From an uncultured bacterium (lineage in GTDB: Bacteria > UBP14 > UBA6098): DNA of 64,000 bases. The notes beneath the pieces are model-generated. The model was given only the letters and a program-made list of their open reading frames with translations. It was not told where the DNA came from and ran no database searches. Position 1 is the stretch's first letter, and every line of letters starts with the position of its first letter. The stretch lies in contig CAZSHG010000004.1 in NCBI GenBank assembly GCA_964606695.1, positions 97,725 to 161,724 on the forward strand, given 5' to 3'. Below are positions 16,887-25,611 of the stretch, one piece after another. Position numbers and translations under genes: made by a program.

Positions 16887-19766
16887 TTGGTTCCAAAAGG
16901 GGTTTTCCAAATGAGCAGTCCACATCAATGGCTTTTAGATTTCCAGGAAACTGGAAATACGACTATTGAAGGGATTGTCTCGGTCGATAACTATTCCCTA
17001 AACGACTTGCCTCCCGATTCTATCCCTATAATGGAAAAAGCCGAGGAATACGGAGCAAAAGCCGTATTCTTTGAAAAGGAGCGGGAAGGCAGACCTCCAA
17101 TTGCACAAGCCTTCATCTTTGTTTGCGACGAACAGGCCGATAAAGAAAGATTTGCTAAACTGCACCAGCGGATGTGGAGCTGGGGCGGCGTTCCTCTGGT
17201 CTATAGAGTTACACCGGGCAAGGTAGAGTTGTTCCGGTGTGCCCATAAGGCGGATTTCGAAAAAAACGGTGAAATCAGTTATAAAGCCTACAAGACTTTA
17301 AAAACTGCTGCAAAGATTGCGAATGATCCGTGGTGGGATTCTGACCGCCTTTATTATGGAAGTATATGGGACGATCCGACAGCTTGCAAAAAACTCCTAT
17401 CAGGTAGCCGGGCGGCGCAGAATACTTTGATTAAAGAGGTAAAAGCCCTCAACACTAAATTAGAGGAAAAAAGCCACTTAGATAGGCCACTTCAGCGCAA
17501 ACTACTTATTTTGTCTTTGATGATCGCATACCTCGAAGAACGGAAGGTCCTTACCGAAGATTATTTCTATAAGTTTAAATCCGGGGCAAACGAATTTTTT
17601 GAAATACTTAAAGATGGCGAAGCGCTGGTAAATCTCCTTGAAAATCTCGAAGAGAGATTCAACGGCCAGATTTTCACTTTATCGCCGGAGATGAAAACGG
17701 AGCTACGGGAAAATCCTGACCTTAGCGAATTCGTGAGGCTTATCGAAGGAATAGAAGACACAAGCGGACAATTAAATCTTTGGAAAAGGTACTCGTTTGC
17801 CGATTTACCAGTCGAATTAATAAGCCACGTTTACCAGCTTTTTGTCGAAGATAAAGACACTGCCGTTTATACCCCGCCTTTCCTCGTGAAATTAATGTTA
17901 GGAGAAGTTCTCACCAAAGAACGGCTGGATAGACTAATAAAAGAGGAAGAGATTATTCTGGACCCGGCTTGCGGCTCTGGCGTCTTTTTAGTCGAAGCTT
18001 ATAAACGCCTTGTGCTACATTGGAGGGCCGAAAAAAATTGGGAAGAGAAACCAGGTGAAGATGACTTAAAAGAACTTTTAACGAAATACATCTATGGCAT
18101 TGATAAAGATAAAGGGGCGACGGAACTAACCGCTTTCAGCCTTTGCCTTGCGCTTTGCGATGCACTTAAACCGGACGAGATTAGTGATAGTAGAAAGATA
18201 TTCCCTCCACTTCTGGGCAAAAACGTTTATGCCATGTGTTTCTTCGAAGCGAGAGAACAGAACAAGATAGAAAAGGACGTCGGGATAATTGTCGGAAATC
18301 CGCCCTTTAAATCTGAATTAATGACTGATGGGGCTAAGAGCGCCTATGAACGATACAACAAGGAATATGCAGATGAAAGAGGCAAATTACCCGACAAGCA
18401 AATAGCCTATCTCTTTCTCCATAAATCGATGGAGATGCTAACTCCGGGCGGTGTTCTCTCGATGCTCCAACAATACAGCTTCTTGTATAACGAACAATCG
18501 ATAAGTTTCCGGAAGAAGTTTTTCGAGAAATGGGATGTTCGAGAAATCCTCGACATGGTTTCTATAACCGGCCTTTTTAAAAAAAGTAAAAAGAACACAA
18601 AGGTTGTTGTTATCGTGGCTGAGGCGAAAGAACCATCTCCAGAGCGAAAGATTCTGCACGCTACTTTCCGACGTAGCGGTAGAACTCATGCCGAACAAGG
18701 TTTCAATATTGATTACTACGATTTACATTGGTTAAAACAGGAAACTGCCGTTGAAAGCCCCTGGATTTGGCGTTCGGATTTGTTTGGAGGTGGTCGAGTT
18801 TTTAATCTAATTGAGAGATTGAAAGAGTACCGGACTCTAGAACAATATGCAAATGAACAGGATTGGGACCATGGGGAAGGCTTCATCAAGGGAGGAAAAG
18901 TAAAAAGAAAACCAGCAAAACATATAACCGGAAGCTTATTAATTAGACCTTATCAATTAGAAGAAGAAGAGATTAACATTGAGACTTTACAAAAGGTAGA
19001 AGAAACGAATTTTAGGTCGGCTTATTCTAAGAAGCGATTTACTGCTCCTATGGTTCTTGTTCGAGAAAACGAAAACCTTGCGGTTAAGTACTTTTCATCT
19101 GGTTATTATACTTATGAAGATAAAATCGTAGGCTTCTGTGTCGGAGATGGGAAAGATGATAATTTATCTTTGTTATTTAATTGGTTTAAAAGTAATCGTG
19201 AAACACTTATAGCCTTGGTTTGTGCAGGAGGAACTACCAACTTTACTCAAAGAGATTCGCAATTAAGCTTATCTGATATACGAAGCTTACCGTCCCCTGA
19301 CATCGACTTGGATTTATCGTTTACCGAGAAAATCGTCGTATCTGATATTGTCGAATATTACCGTGAGTTAATTAGAAAGGGCCAAAATTCGGACGCGATG
19401 ACAAAACCGGGCATAGATGCCCTCCCTGATTTCAATGGAATCTATACCGGTCAGATAAACGCGATCTATAAAGAGAAAAAACTAAAGGCACTCGAACCTC
19501 AAACATGGGCGGGGTTCCTATGCCAGCCCTATGTTTTTGGCGATGGGGAAGTCGATTGGTCGGGTTCGGACGGACTGAAAGACAAATTAGAAAAACTAAT
19601 GAAGGAAAAACGGCCTTATGGCCTGAATATTTATCGAATAGCACGGATTTATGACGGCCCATTCATTTTTCTCTTAAAACCAAACGTTTTGCGTTATTGG
19701 CTGAGGTCTATTGCCCTACGCGATGCCGACGAAACCTTGTCCGATTTATGGAAGCAGGGCTTCTGA
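16887..19766 (+). CDS. Large (959 aa) gamma-class N6-adenine DNA methyltransferase fusion protein. It has an about 330-aa N-terminal domain, a methyltransferase core and an about 340-aa C-terminal, presumably target-recognition, region. The size class matches Type IIG/IIL (Eco57I/MmeI-like) enzymes.
   Basis: Motif X AVYTPPFLV preceded by LISHVYQLF, motif I ILDPACGSGVFLVEAY, motif IV IIVGNPPF. The size and domain order resemble single-chain RM enzymes, but no convincing nuclease motif could be confirmed by eye in the N-terminus. About 41% GC versus about 60% in flanking genes. Confidence 0.8.
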   Translation: MVPKGVFQMSSPHQWLLDFQETGNTTIEGIVSVDNYSLNDLPPDSIPIMEKAEEYGAKAVFFEKEREGRPPIAQAFIFVCDEQADKERFAKLHQRMWSWGGVPLVYRVTPGKVELFRCAHKADFEKNGEISYKAYKTLKTAAKIANDPWWDSDRLYYGSIWDDPTACKKLLSGSRAAQNTLIKEVKALNTKLEEKSHLDRPLQRKLLILSLMIAYLEERKVLTEDYFYKFKSGANEFFEILKDGEALVNLLENLEERFNGQIFTLSPEMKTELRENPDLSEFVRLIEGIEDTSGQLNLWKRYSFADLPVELISHVYQLFVEDKDTAVYTPPFLVKLMLGEVLTKERLDRLIKEEEIILDPACGSGVFLVEAYKRLVLHWRAEKNWEEKPGEDDLKELLTKYIYGIDKDKGATELTAFSLCLALCDALKPDEISDSRKIFPPLLGKNVYAMCFFEAREQNKIEKDVGIIVGNPPFKSELMTDGAKSAYERYNKEYADERGKLPDKQIAYLFLHKSMEMLTPGGVLSMLQQYSFLYNEQSISFRKKFFEKWDVREILDMVSITGLFKKSKKNTKVVVIVAEAKEPSPERKILHATFRRSGRTHAEQGFNIDYYDLHWLKQETAVESPWIWRSDLFGGGRVFNLIERLKEYRTLEQYANEQDWDHGEGFIKGGKVKRKPAKHITGSLLIRPYQLEEEEINIETLQKVEETNFRSAYSKKRFTAPMVLVRENENLAVKYFSSGYYTYEDKIVGFCVGDGKDDNLSLLFNWFKSNRETLIALVCAGGTTNFTQRDSQLSLSDIRSLPSPDIDLDLSFTEKIVVSDIVEYYRELIRKGQNSDAMTKPGIDALPDFNGIYTGQINAIYKEKKLKALEPQTWAGFLCQPYVFGDGEVDWSGSDGLKDKLEKLMKEKRPYGLNIYRIARIYDGPFIFLLKPNVLRYWLRSIALRDADETLSDLWKQGF

Positions 19767-20497
19767 TGTGCAGGAGAATGCTGTCTGATATTGAGCCCAT
19801 TGCACATTCGGGCAGAATAGGGGAAGAGGTCCTTGCACGGAATACAATTCGATTCGAGCTTATCGAATTTATTAGAACGGAATTACCAAAATGGCGCGAT
19901 GACCCGGAAAGGCCTATGGAACATGCCGAGACAGTTTTAACCAGCCAGCTTTGTAGCCATATGAATAGCGTATCAAGAATATCAGAAGCATGGCATAGGA
20001 TTCAATTTGGAACAGAAATCCGAGATGAGAATAATAAAAGAGGGACAATCGACTTTGCACCAAAACCATGTTCTGTGGTTTTGATAATTGAAGGTCGCAA
20101 ATATACTCATTTTGATATGATTTTCCCAATCGAGTGTAAACGCTTACCTACTCCGGCCGGTACAAAAAGAGACGAAAAAGAATATGTAATTGTGGATAGT
20201 GGGTCTACGGGTGGGATCCAACGATTCAAGTTCGGTTTTCACGCATCGGATCATGATTTTGGTGCAATGATAGCCTATGTTCAGGATGCCATTGGTTTTA
20301 GCCGATGGCTGACCAGAATAAATGGATGGGTTCACGACCTCGGGCAAGCTACTGATTCTGTTTGGTGCGACGAAGATCGTTTGGAGCTTTTAGAAGAAGA
20401 TACGGATAACCGTGTTTGTTCATTGAAATCGAATCATCATCGCCAAAACGGCCTCGACGACATCGAGCTCCGACATTTATGGATTGATATGAATTGA
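19767..20497 (+). CDS. Hypothetical protein (about 243 aa) with a possible PD-(D/E)xK-like nuclease motif. The likely start is the ATG at 19767 (MCRRML; TGATG overlap with the methyltransferase stop); the ORF track starts at 19697.
   Basis: GTIDFAPKPCSVVLIIEGRKYTHFDMIFPIECKRLP contains D ... E.K spacing compatible with a restriction-endonuclease-like core (weak). About 43% GC and tightly coupled to the methyltransferase gene. Confidence 0.3.
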
Positions 20498-20696
20498 AGT
20501 AATTCGCGGGGAGCGAAATTCCCCTTGACAAATGACAGTTCGTATTTTAGCTTTTGTGTAGCGGTTTGGTTATGTGGATGGTCTTTGATAATGTTAAGTG
20601 TTCTCGGGGGGTGGAAAATCACCTTTTTTGGGATTTTGGGAGCGAAACTGGGGGTTTTTACGTAAGTGGTTGATTTATAACGTGTAGGAGCGGAAA

Positions 20697-20923
20697 ACAC
20701 GGGCGCTTTTTGATGGACACGCGCACTTTTCGTTAAAACACGAGCATATTCAAGAAAACATGGGCGCTTTCTCCAAATACATTAGCATTTTCTCCAAATA
20801 CACGGGCACTCTACCAAAATACATTGGCACTTTCGGGAAATACACGCGCACATTTCAGAAAACACGAGCACTTTGCTCAAATACATTGGCACTTTCGCCA
20901 AAAACATTAACGCTTTTGTAACC
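20697..20923. repeat. Tandem array of 11 imperfect repeats of 20-21 bp (consensus about ACAYNRGCRCTTTCNNNAAAT), ending 11 bp before the start codon at 20935.
   Basis: Units read directly: acacgggcgctttttgatgg / acacgcgcacttttcgttaaa / acacgagcatattcaagaaa / acatgggcgctttctccaaat / acattagcattttctccaaat / acacgggcactctaccaaaat / acattggcactttcgggaaat / acacgcgcacatttcagaaa / acacgagcactttgctcaaat / acattggcactttcgccaaaa / acattaacgcttttgtaacc. The period equals two helical turns, with an A-tract in each unit. Confidence 0.8.
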
Positions 20924-20934
20924 GGGGAGAGATC

Positions 20935-21936
20935 ATGGCCAAGAAAACAAGAGAACCAGCAAGGTTAGGGCACGCGGACTATTGCAAGTGGTTCGAGCAG
21001 ATGATCGGATTCAAGGAAGATCGTATTGCCGACGGAACCTGGCCGACTCATCTAAACGCAAATTTCCAGGCACTGTTCAATGAATTATGGGACGCCTGGG
21101 ACACTTACGATCGTTTGAAAAATGAGCTTAAAGGGACGACATACAAGGCGTATGACGATGCCTCGAAGCCGGTTTATGATCGGTTAGTCTCGCTTCGAGA
21201 GCTAATTCCGACGCTTTTCGACGGCGACGACGCGGTTCTCGGCGAATTCGGCATGGCTCGAAAAGTGCCTCGCGACAAAGAGGATTTGTTCACGATGGCG
21301 AGCGGGTGCCTGGAGCATTGGGACGACATCACTGACCCGGACGTCCCGCCCGAATATGCGCCCGTTGCGGATATGTTCGCGGAGTTTCAGGATGAATACG
21401 ACACGTTTCAGGCCGCTTACACGGCGTATATCGCCAAAACGCGAGATGTCGAGGAGGCTCAGAATTTATTGCTCGAGAAACGCGAGCTTTGCCATCACAA
21501 GGAGCGTCTAATTTTCCACTGGTTCAAGGGATTACATAAGGACGGCGAGGCTGAATGGTGGACCGCGACGCTCTGGGGCAGGACTGGTGGCGGTTCTGGC
21601 GGCGGGGAGGAGCCGGGGCCGAGTAGCTGGGAGGATGCGCCGACGAATTTCGTCTTGAAAGAGGGTGTTGCGGGGTCGGCGTTGCTTCAGGCGGATGTCC
21701 ATGCCGATGCCGACGGATGCGCGGTGTTCATGGCCGAGACGGAACTGGGCGTGGCGGAACCGCCTATGCGTCCGGGCGAGCCTCTCGAGCCGCTGATTAC
21801 GCCAATCGAACCCGGAAAGTTTTCCTATAATTTGAATATTACGCCGAACCGTCGGGTGTGGTTTTGGATCTGCCATGTCAAGGACGGCGCATGGGGCGCG
21901 ATTGCGGGGCCGGAGTGGATCGAGATCGAGAAATAA
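20935..21936 (+). CDS. Hypothetical cytoplasmic protein (333 aa). Acidic helical N-terminal domain, Gly-rich linker (GRTGGGSGGGEEPGPSS) and C-terminal domain of about 110 aa.
   Basis: Clear RBS (GGGGAGAG) 4 nt upstream of the ATG. No recognisable catalytic motif. Preceded by the 21-bp array and followed by a perfect palindrome. Confidence 0.5.
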   Translation: MAKKTREPARLGHADYCKWFEQMIGFKEDRIADGTWPTHLNANFQALFNELWDAWDTYDRLKNELKGTTYKAYDDASKPVYDRLVSLRELIPTLFDGDDAVLGEFGMARKVPRDKEDLFTMASGCLEHWDDITDPDVPPEYAPVADMFAEFQDEYDTFQAAYTAYIAKTRDVEEAQNLLLEKRELCHHKERLIFHWFKGLHKDGEAEWWTATLWGRTGGGSGGGEEPGPSSWEDAPTNFVLKEGVAGSALLQADVHADADGCAVFMAETELGVAEPPMRPGEPLEPLITPIEPGKFSYNLNITPNRRVWFWICHVKDGAWGAIAGPEWIEIEK

Positions 21937-21960
21937 TATAGAATTTATAATGTAGAATGG

Positions 21961-21990
21961 CGTAGGGGCAATTCATGAATTGCCCCTACG
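21961..21990. repeat. 30-bp perfect palindrome cgtaggggcaattcatgaattgcccctacg, 25 bp after the stop of the orphan gene.
   Basis: Self-complementary on direct reading. It could be a stem-loop terminator, although no T-run follows, or a dimeric protein-binding site. Confidence 0.8.
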
Positions 21991-22067
21991 ATTAGTTTAT
22001 AGGCGGCTCGAGGTGGTCGTCTTTTTTTATCCCTCGTCATTGCAATGTTATATTTTAACATTAAAAG

Positions 22068-22105
22068 ATCGAGCGTCTCGCTCGATGTGCGGCGAGACGC
22101 CGCAC
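22068..22105. repeat. Two adjacent GC-rich hairpins (atcgagcg-tct-cgctcgat and gtgcggcg-aga-cgccgcac).
   Basis: Inverted repeats read directly from the sequence, each with a 3-nt loop. Possible terminator or insulator between the accessory stretch and the TonB-receptor operon. Confidence 0.6.
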
Positions 22106-22254
22106 CTATTAATTTCATAAACCTATTATATTAGAACCCTCCGGCCTTCGGACATCTCGCTTGTTGAGGGAGGCATAAGATTGGATTCGCGATCGGGTCG
22201 GGAATGACAGATGTCAGGAAGTTTTTTAGCTATCCTGAGGAACGCTCCGATTAA

Positions 22255-22590
22255 GTGGCGATGGCAGAAATATTTCCTTGCCCTCAAGTTCTTTGTGCCT
22301 ATATTGAATTCATGAGTCGAAGACGAGAAATATTATCCATTCTGCTTGCGTTCTATCTATTGTTCATAGTCGTTTTTGCGGCTGTTCACACCCACGAAGA
22401 CGGCAGGCACCATTCGGAATGTCAGCTATGCCAGATAGCTGTGTTATCTATCCTTCCGATATCTACATTCATTCTTACGACCAATTTCAGGCGTTGCTAT
22501 TCGACTTTCAATTTGGAAAACCAACTTGTCGAAGACCATCGCCCTACATTTGTCTCCAACCGTTCGCCACCGAAGCCTTTCGATAAATAA
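22255..22590 (+). CDS. Small membrane protein with a His/Cys-rich motif (HTHEDGRHHSECQLCQ), upstream of a TonB-dependent receptor.
   Basis: 111 aa with one predicted TM helix. The metal-ligand-like motif is HxH...HH..CxxC. The arrangement resembles small metal-related accessory proteins often found beside TonB receptors; this is inference. Confidence 0.4.
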   Translation: MAMAEIFPCPQVLCAYIEFMSRRREILSILLAFYLLFIVVFAAVHTHEDGRHHSECQLCQIAVLSILPISTFILTTNFRRCYSTFNLENQLVEDHRPTFVSNRSPPKPFDK

Positions 22591-22623
22591 GCTGTCTTAA
22601 ACACAATTATCGAAAGGAAAAAC

Positions 22624-24828
22624 ATGAGAATACGTATGTTATTATGTGTGTTCGCCATTGTTTGTTCTGTCGTCAGCGGCTTCGATGGAAGCGTTTTTGA
22701 CGGGCAGAGCGGCGAACCGTTGGCCGGTGCCAATATACTGGTAATCGGCACAAATATCGGGACTACAACTAATATCGACGGCAATTTTACCCTCGATATC
22801 GAATTGCCGGCGGAGATTTCCGTATCCTTCGTCGGTTACAAAACAAAGGTAGTCGATGTTACGGAAACCGACATAAAAATCGAGGTTCACCCGACCGCCC
22901 TCGGAGGTTCCGAGATAGTTGTAACCTCGACGCGTGGTGCGGCGGAATCGTCGAAATCGCCTCAGCCGACGTCCAGCATAAATTCAAGGCAGATGGCGAT
23001 GCGAAATATTATCACACTCGACGACGCTCTACGGGGCAGTGCCGGTCTGACATTGAACACAACCGGTTCAGGGAGTATTCGCCCCACGATTCGAGGGCTT
23101 TACGATTCCCACGTCCTGACGCTCATGGACGGTATCCCTCTTATGGACCTTCGCCCCGGCGGCGATCATGTCCTGCTTATTGAACCAAGCCAGCTTGGGC
23201 GAATCGAGATAGTTCGAGGCCCGGGATCGGTTCTTTACGGCTCGGACGCTATCGGCGGGGTCGTTAATTTCATCAGCAAGGAATTTGAACCCGTGAATGA
23301 CGGCACGGGGATTTCGGGCGAATTACGCGCGGGATATTCCTCCCTCGGCGACGGCTACAATGCCGACGTGTCGATAGAGAAGCCTCTGGAAAAGGCGAAT
23401 ATCGGCGCGGGGTTCGGTTACAGATCCAACGATGATATATCGGATCCGAACGGCGAGATTCCGAGTAGCGATTACTCCGGCTACCACGCCGATTTATCCG
23501 CAAGCGGCAGTTTCGGATCGAATAGACTATCTTTCGGTGCGCATTATATATCCGCTGACGTCGGAGTGCCGATTAGCCCGAGTATCGAGAGTTCGCATTT
23601 CGAAGGGGAATCGCAGTTGCTAAGCCTCGTCAAATACGAGGGCGTGAATATATCGGCCTTCAAAACCCTACAGGCGAATTTTTCCTGGCAGAAGCACCAT
23701 CGGCATTTCCATAAGATATGGCCTTCGGGCGATCCGAACATGGACGCACAGGTTTGGGTCGATGTCGATGGCTTGACCTTCCAGCTCCTGCCCATGCTTG
23801 ACCTGAAGGGCTTCGTCATTCAGCCGGGAGTAGATGTTACTTATCAATTCGCCTCTTCCGACAGAGTCGTGCAAATCACGGCAAGCGGCGACACGATCCT
23901 CGACAGTCCTGTTATCCCGAATTCGGATAGACTACTCGGCGGATTTTTCGTGCAGGCGAGCAAACCGGTCGGGGCTTTCGACTTCGCGGCGGGGGCAAGA
24001 TACGACGTCGTAACTTCGCATGCCGATGCCCGTGCGCCGGAGGACCCTTTCCAATCAGATGAGTATGATGTTACCGACGCGGATTTTTCCGGAAATCTTT
24101 CATTGCGATACGAACACGAAGATGGGATATTTGCGATAGCTTCTGTGGGAAGGGCTTTTCGCAGTCCGACACTGCTCGAACGATATTTTCGGGGGCCGCA
24201 TACGACCGGCGTCGATCAGGGCAACCCGGAATTGAAATCGGAAACCTCGTTTAATTTCGACCTCGGACTCGGATGGAGCTCGGATATTGTTAATACGAGG
24301 CTCTCGGGTTTCCGTAATCAGGTCGATAATTATATTTTCAAGGAGAATTCGGGCGATACCACCTCGGATGGTGCGGAGATATGGGAATGGAAAAACGAGG
24401 GCAAAGTCGAACTTATCGGTTTCGAAGCTGAGGTAAAAATCTCGCCCTCTGACTGGTTCGGCGCGTCGGGAAATCTGTCCTATGTCGAGGGCAAAGACGA
24501 GAATGACAATTATATGCCGAACATCCCGCCCTTAAACGGCAATCTTGATTTGCGCTTTGAGAAATGGGGTTTCGCTACGGATTTGTTCTGGCTGTTCGCG
24601 GTAAAACAGGATAAGTTAGCGGATAGCGAAACTGCTACAGACGGCTGGCTTACCCATAATATCAGTCTCTCCTACGACCTGTCCAAACACATTCCCATTG
24701 ACGCGGAGATAATTCTAACCGGGAAGAATCTCACGAACGAGGTTTATTACAATCATCTATCCCGAATCAAGGATTACTGGGCCGAAAGCGGAAGAAGTTT
24801 CACGATTTCGTTCGGTATGCAATTCTAA
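22624..24828 (+). CDS. TonB-dependent outer-membrane receptor with an N-terminal carboxypeptidase-regulatory-like domain.
   Basis: Signal peptide. CarboxypepD_reg-like N-terminus (GANILVIGTNIGTTTNIDGNFTL). Plug-region motifs (TLDDALRGSAGL ... IEIVRGPGSVLYGSDAIGGVVNFISK). C-terminal terminal aromatic residue (F). Confidence 0.85.
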   Translation: MRIRMLLCVFAIVCSVVSGFDGSVFDGQSGEPLAGANILVIGTNIGTTTNIDGNFTLDIELPAEISVSFVGYKTKVVDVTETDIKIEVHPTALGGSEIVVTSTRGAAESSKSPQPTSSINSRQMAMRNIITLDDALRGSAGLTLNTTGSGSIRPTIRGLYDSHVLTLMDGIPLMDLRPGGDHVLLIEPSQLGRIEIVRGPGSVLYGSDAIGGVVNFISKEFEPVNDGTGISGELRAGYSSLGDGYNADVSIEKPLEKANIGAGFGYRSNDDISDPNGEIPSSDYSGYHADLSASGSFGSNRLSFGAHYISADVGVPISPSIESSHFEGESQLLSLVKYEGVNISAFKTLQANFSWQKHHRHFHKIWPSGDPNMDAQVWVDVDGLTFQLLPMLDLKGFVIQPGVDVTYQFASSDRVVQITASGDTILDSPVIPNSDRLLGGFFVQASKPVGAFDFAAGARYDVVTSHADARAPEDPFQSDEYDVTDADFSGNLSLRYEHEDGIFAIASVGRAFRSPTLLERYFRGPHTTGVDQGNPELKSETSFNFDLGLGWSSDIVNTRLSGFRNQVDNYIFKENSGDTTSDGAEIWEWKNEGKVELIGFEAEVKISPSDWFGASGNLSYVEGKDENDNYMPNIPPLNGNLDLRFEKWGFATDLFWLFAVKQDKLADSETATDGWLTHNISLSYDLSKHIPIDAEIILTGKNLTNEVYYNHLSRIKDYWAESGRSFTISFGMQF

Positions 24829-24910
24829 ATGTAGAGGATTGTTTCGCACTGCTATTAATAGTCATCGGGAATGACATAAAAGAACCGCGCCCTCAAGGAT
24901 GCGGTTTAGT

Positions 24911-24940
24911 AAGGCCGCCCGAAAAGGCGGCCTTTTCGTT
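24911..24940. terminator. Bidirectional rho-independent terminator between the convergent TonB-receptor and SagB-like genes.
   Basis: aaggccgcc-cgaaaa-ggcggcctt hairpin (9-bp stem) followed by a T-rich stretch, with a second weaker hairpin (aaccgc...gcggtt) just upstream. Confidence 0.6.
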
Positions 24941-24955
24941 AGTATTCGCGATTTT

Positions 24956-25597
24956 TTATTCCCTCGGGCCGAGGGGCATTAGATAGAGCGGCGCGCCGGG
25001 GACATCGAAGAGCTCCGCGACTTTGTCGTCGTGGAAGGCGCCTATCATCACCGTCGAGAGGTTCAGGCCCTCGGCAATCAGATGGACATTCTGGCCGATG
25101 TGGCCGGCTTCCATGTGGACATAACGTTCCGCGCGGTCGCCGTAACGTCCTGCTGTCCGTTCGTAGATTCCGAAAAGGGCGACTACCGCCGAGGCCTCTT
25201 TCAGCGCGGGCTGGCCAAGAGCTGAAGTGGCCAGGTCGAGGATGAAGTTCCCCGATTTCACCAGTTCCAGCGCGTGGTCCTGTTCGATGTATTTGTAGAT
25301 TCCCGGTTCGATGCCGTCGATATTGCCTGCGACGAGGTAGGTGTCCATCGGGTATGTCGCGCCGGCGCTTGGAGCGGCTCTGAACCTGCCTCTACCGGTG
25401 ATTCCCGCCGCCGACCACATGATTTCGCTTGCCTGATTGATGGTCAGGCCGCCATCGCCGTAACTGCGTCTGCTACGGCGATTGGCGATGGCGTCGTGCA
25501 CGGAAAGCTCCGCGCCGGGGGGTTCGGGGAGTTGAATTGTCTGAGCCATTATGCCTCCAATGAGCATTAATCCAAGGATAGTTCCGAGTTTCAGCAT
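24956..25597 (-). CDS. SagB/ThcOx-type nitroreductase-fold dehydrogenase, secreted or periplasmic.
   Basis: 213 aa with an N-terminal signal peptide and nitroreductase-like core (AIANRRSRRSY ... APSAGATYP ... MEAGHIGQNVHLIAEGLNL). Confidence 0.6.
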   Translation of the reverse strand: MLKLGTILGLMLIGGIMAQTIQLPEPPGAELSVHDAIANRRSRRSYGDGGLTINQASEIMWSAAGITGRGRFRAAPSAGATYPMDTYLVAGNIDGIEPGIYKYIEQDHALELVKSGNFILDLATSALGQPALKEASAVVALFGIYERTAGRYGDRAERYVHMEAGHIGQNVHLIAEGLNLSTVMIGAFHDDKVAELFDVPGAPLYLMPLGPRE

Positions 25598-25611
25598 AGG
25601 CTAACTCCCTA

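Noticed and set aside
20697-20923. Possible CRISPR array.
   Set aside because: The repeats are contiguous and degenerate with no intervening unique spacers, the unit is only about 21 bp, and no cas genes are present anywhere in the window.
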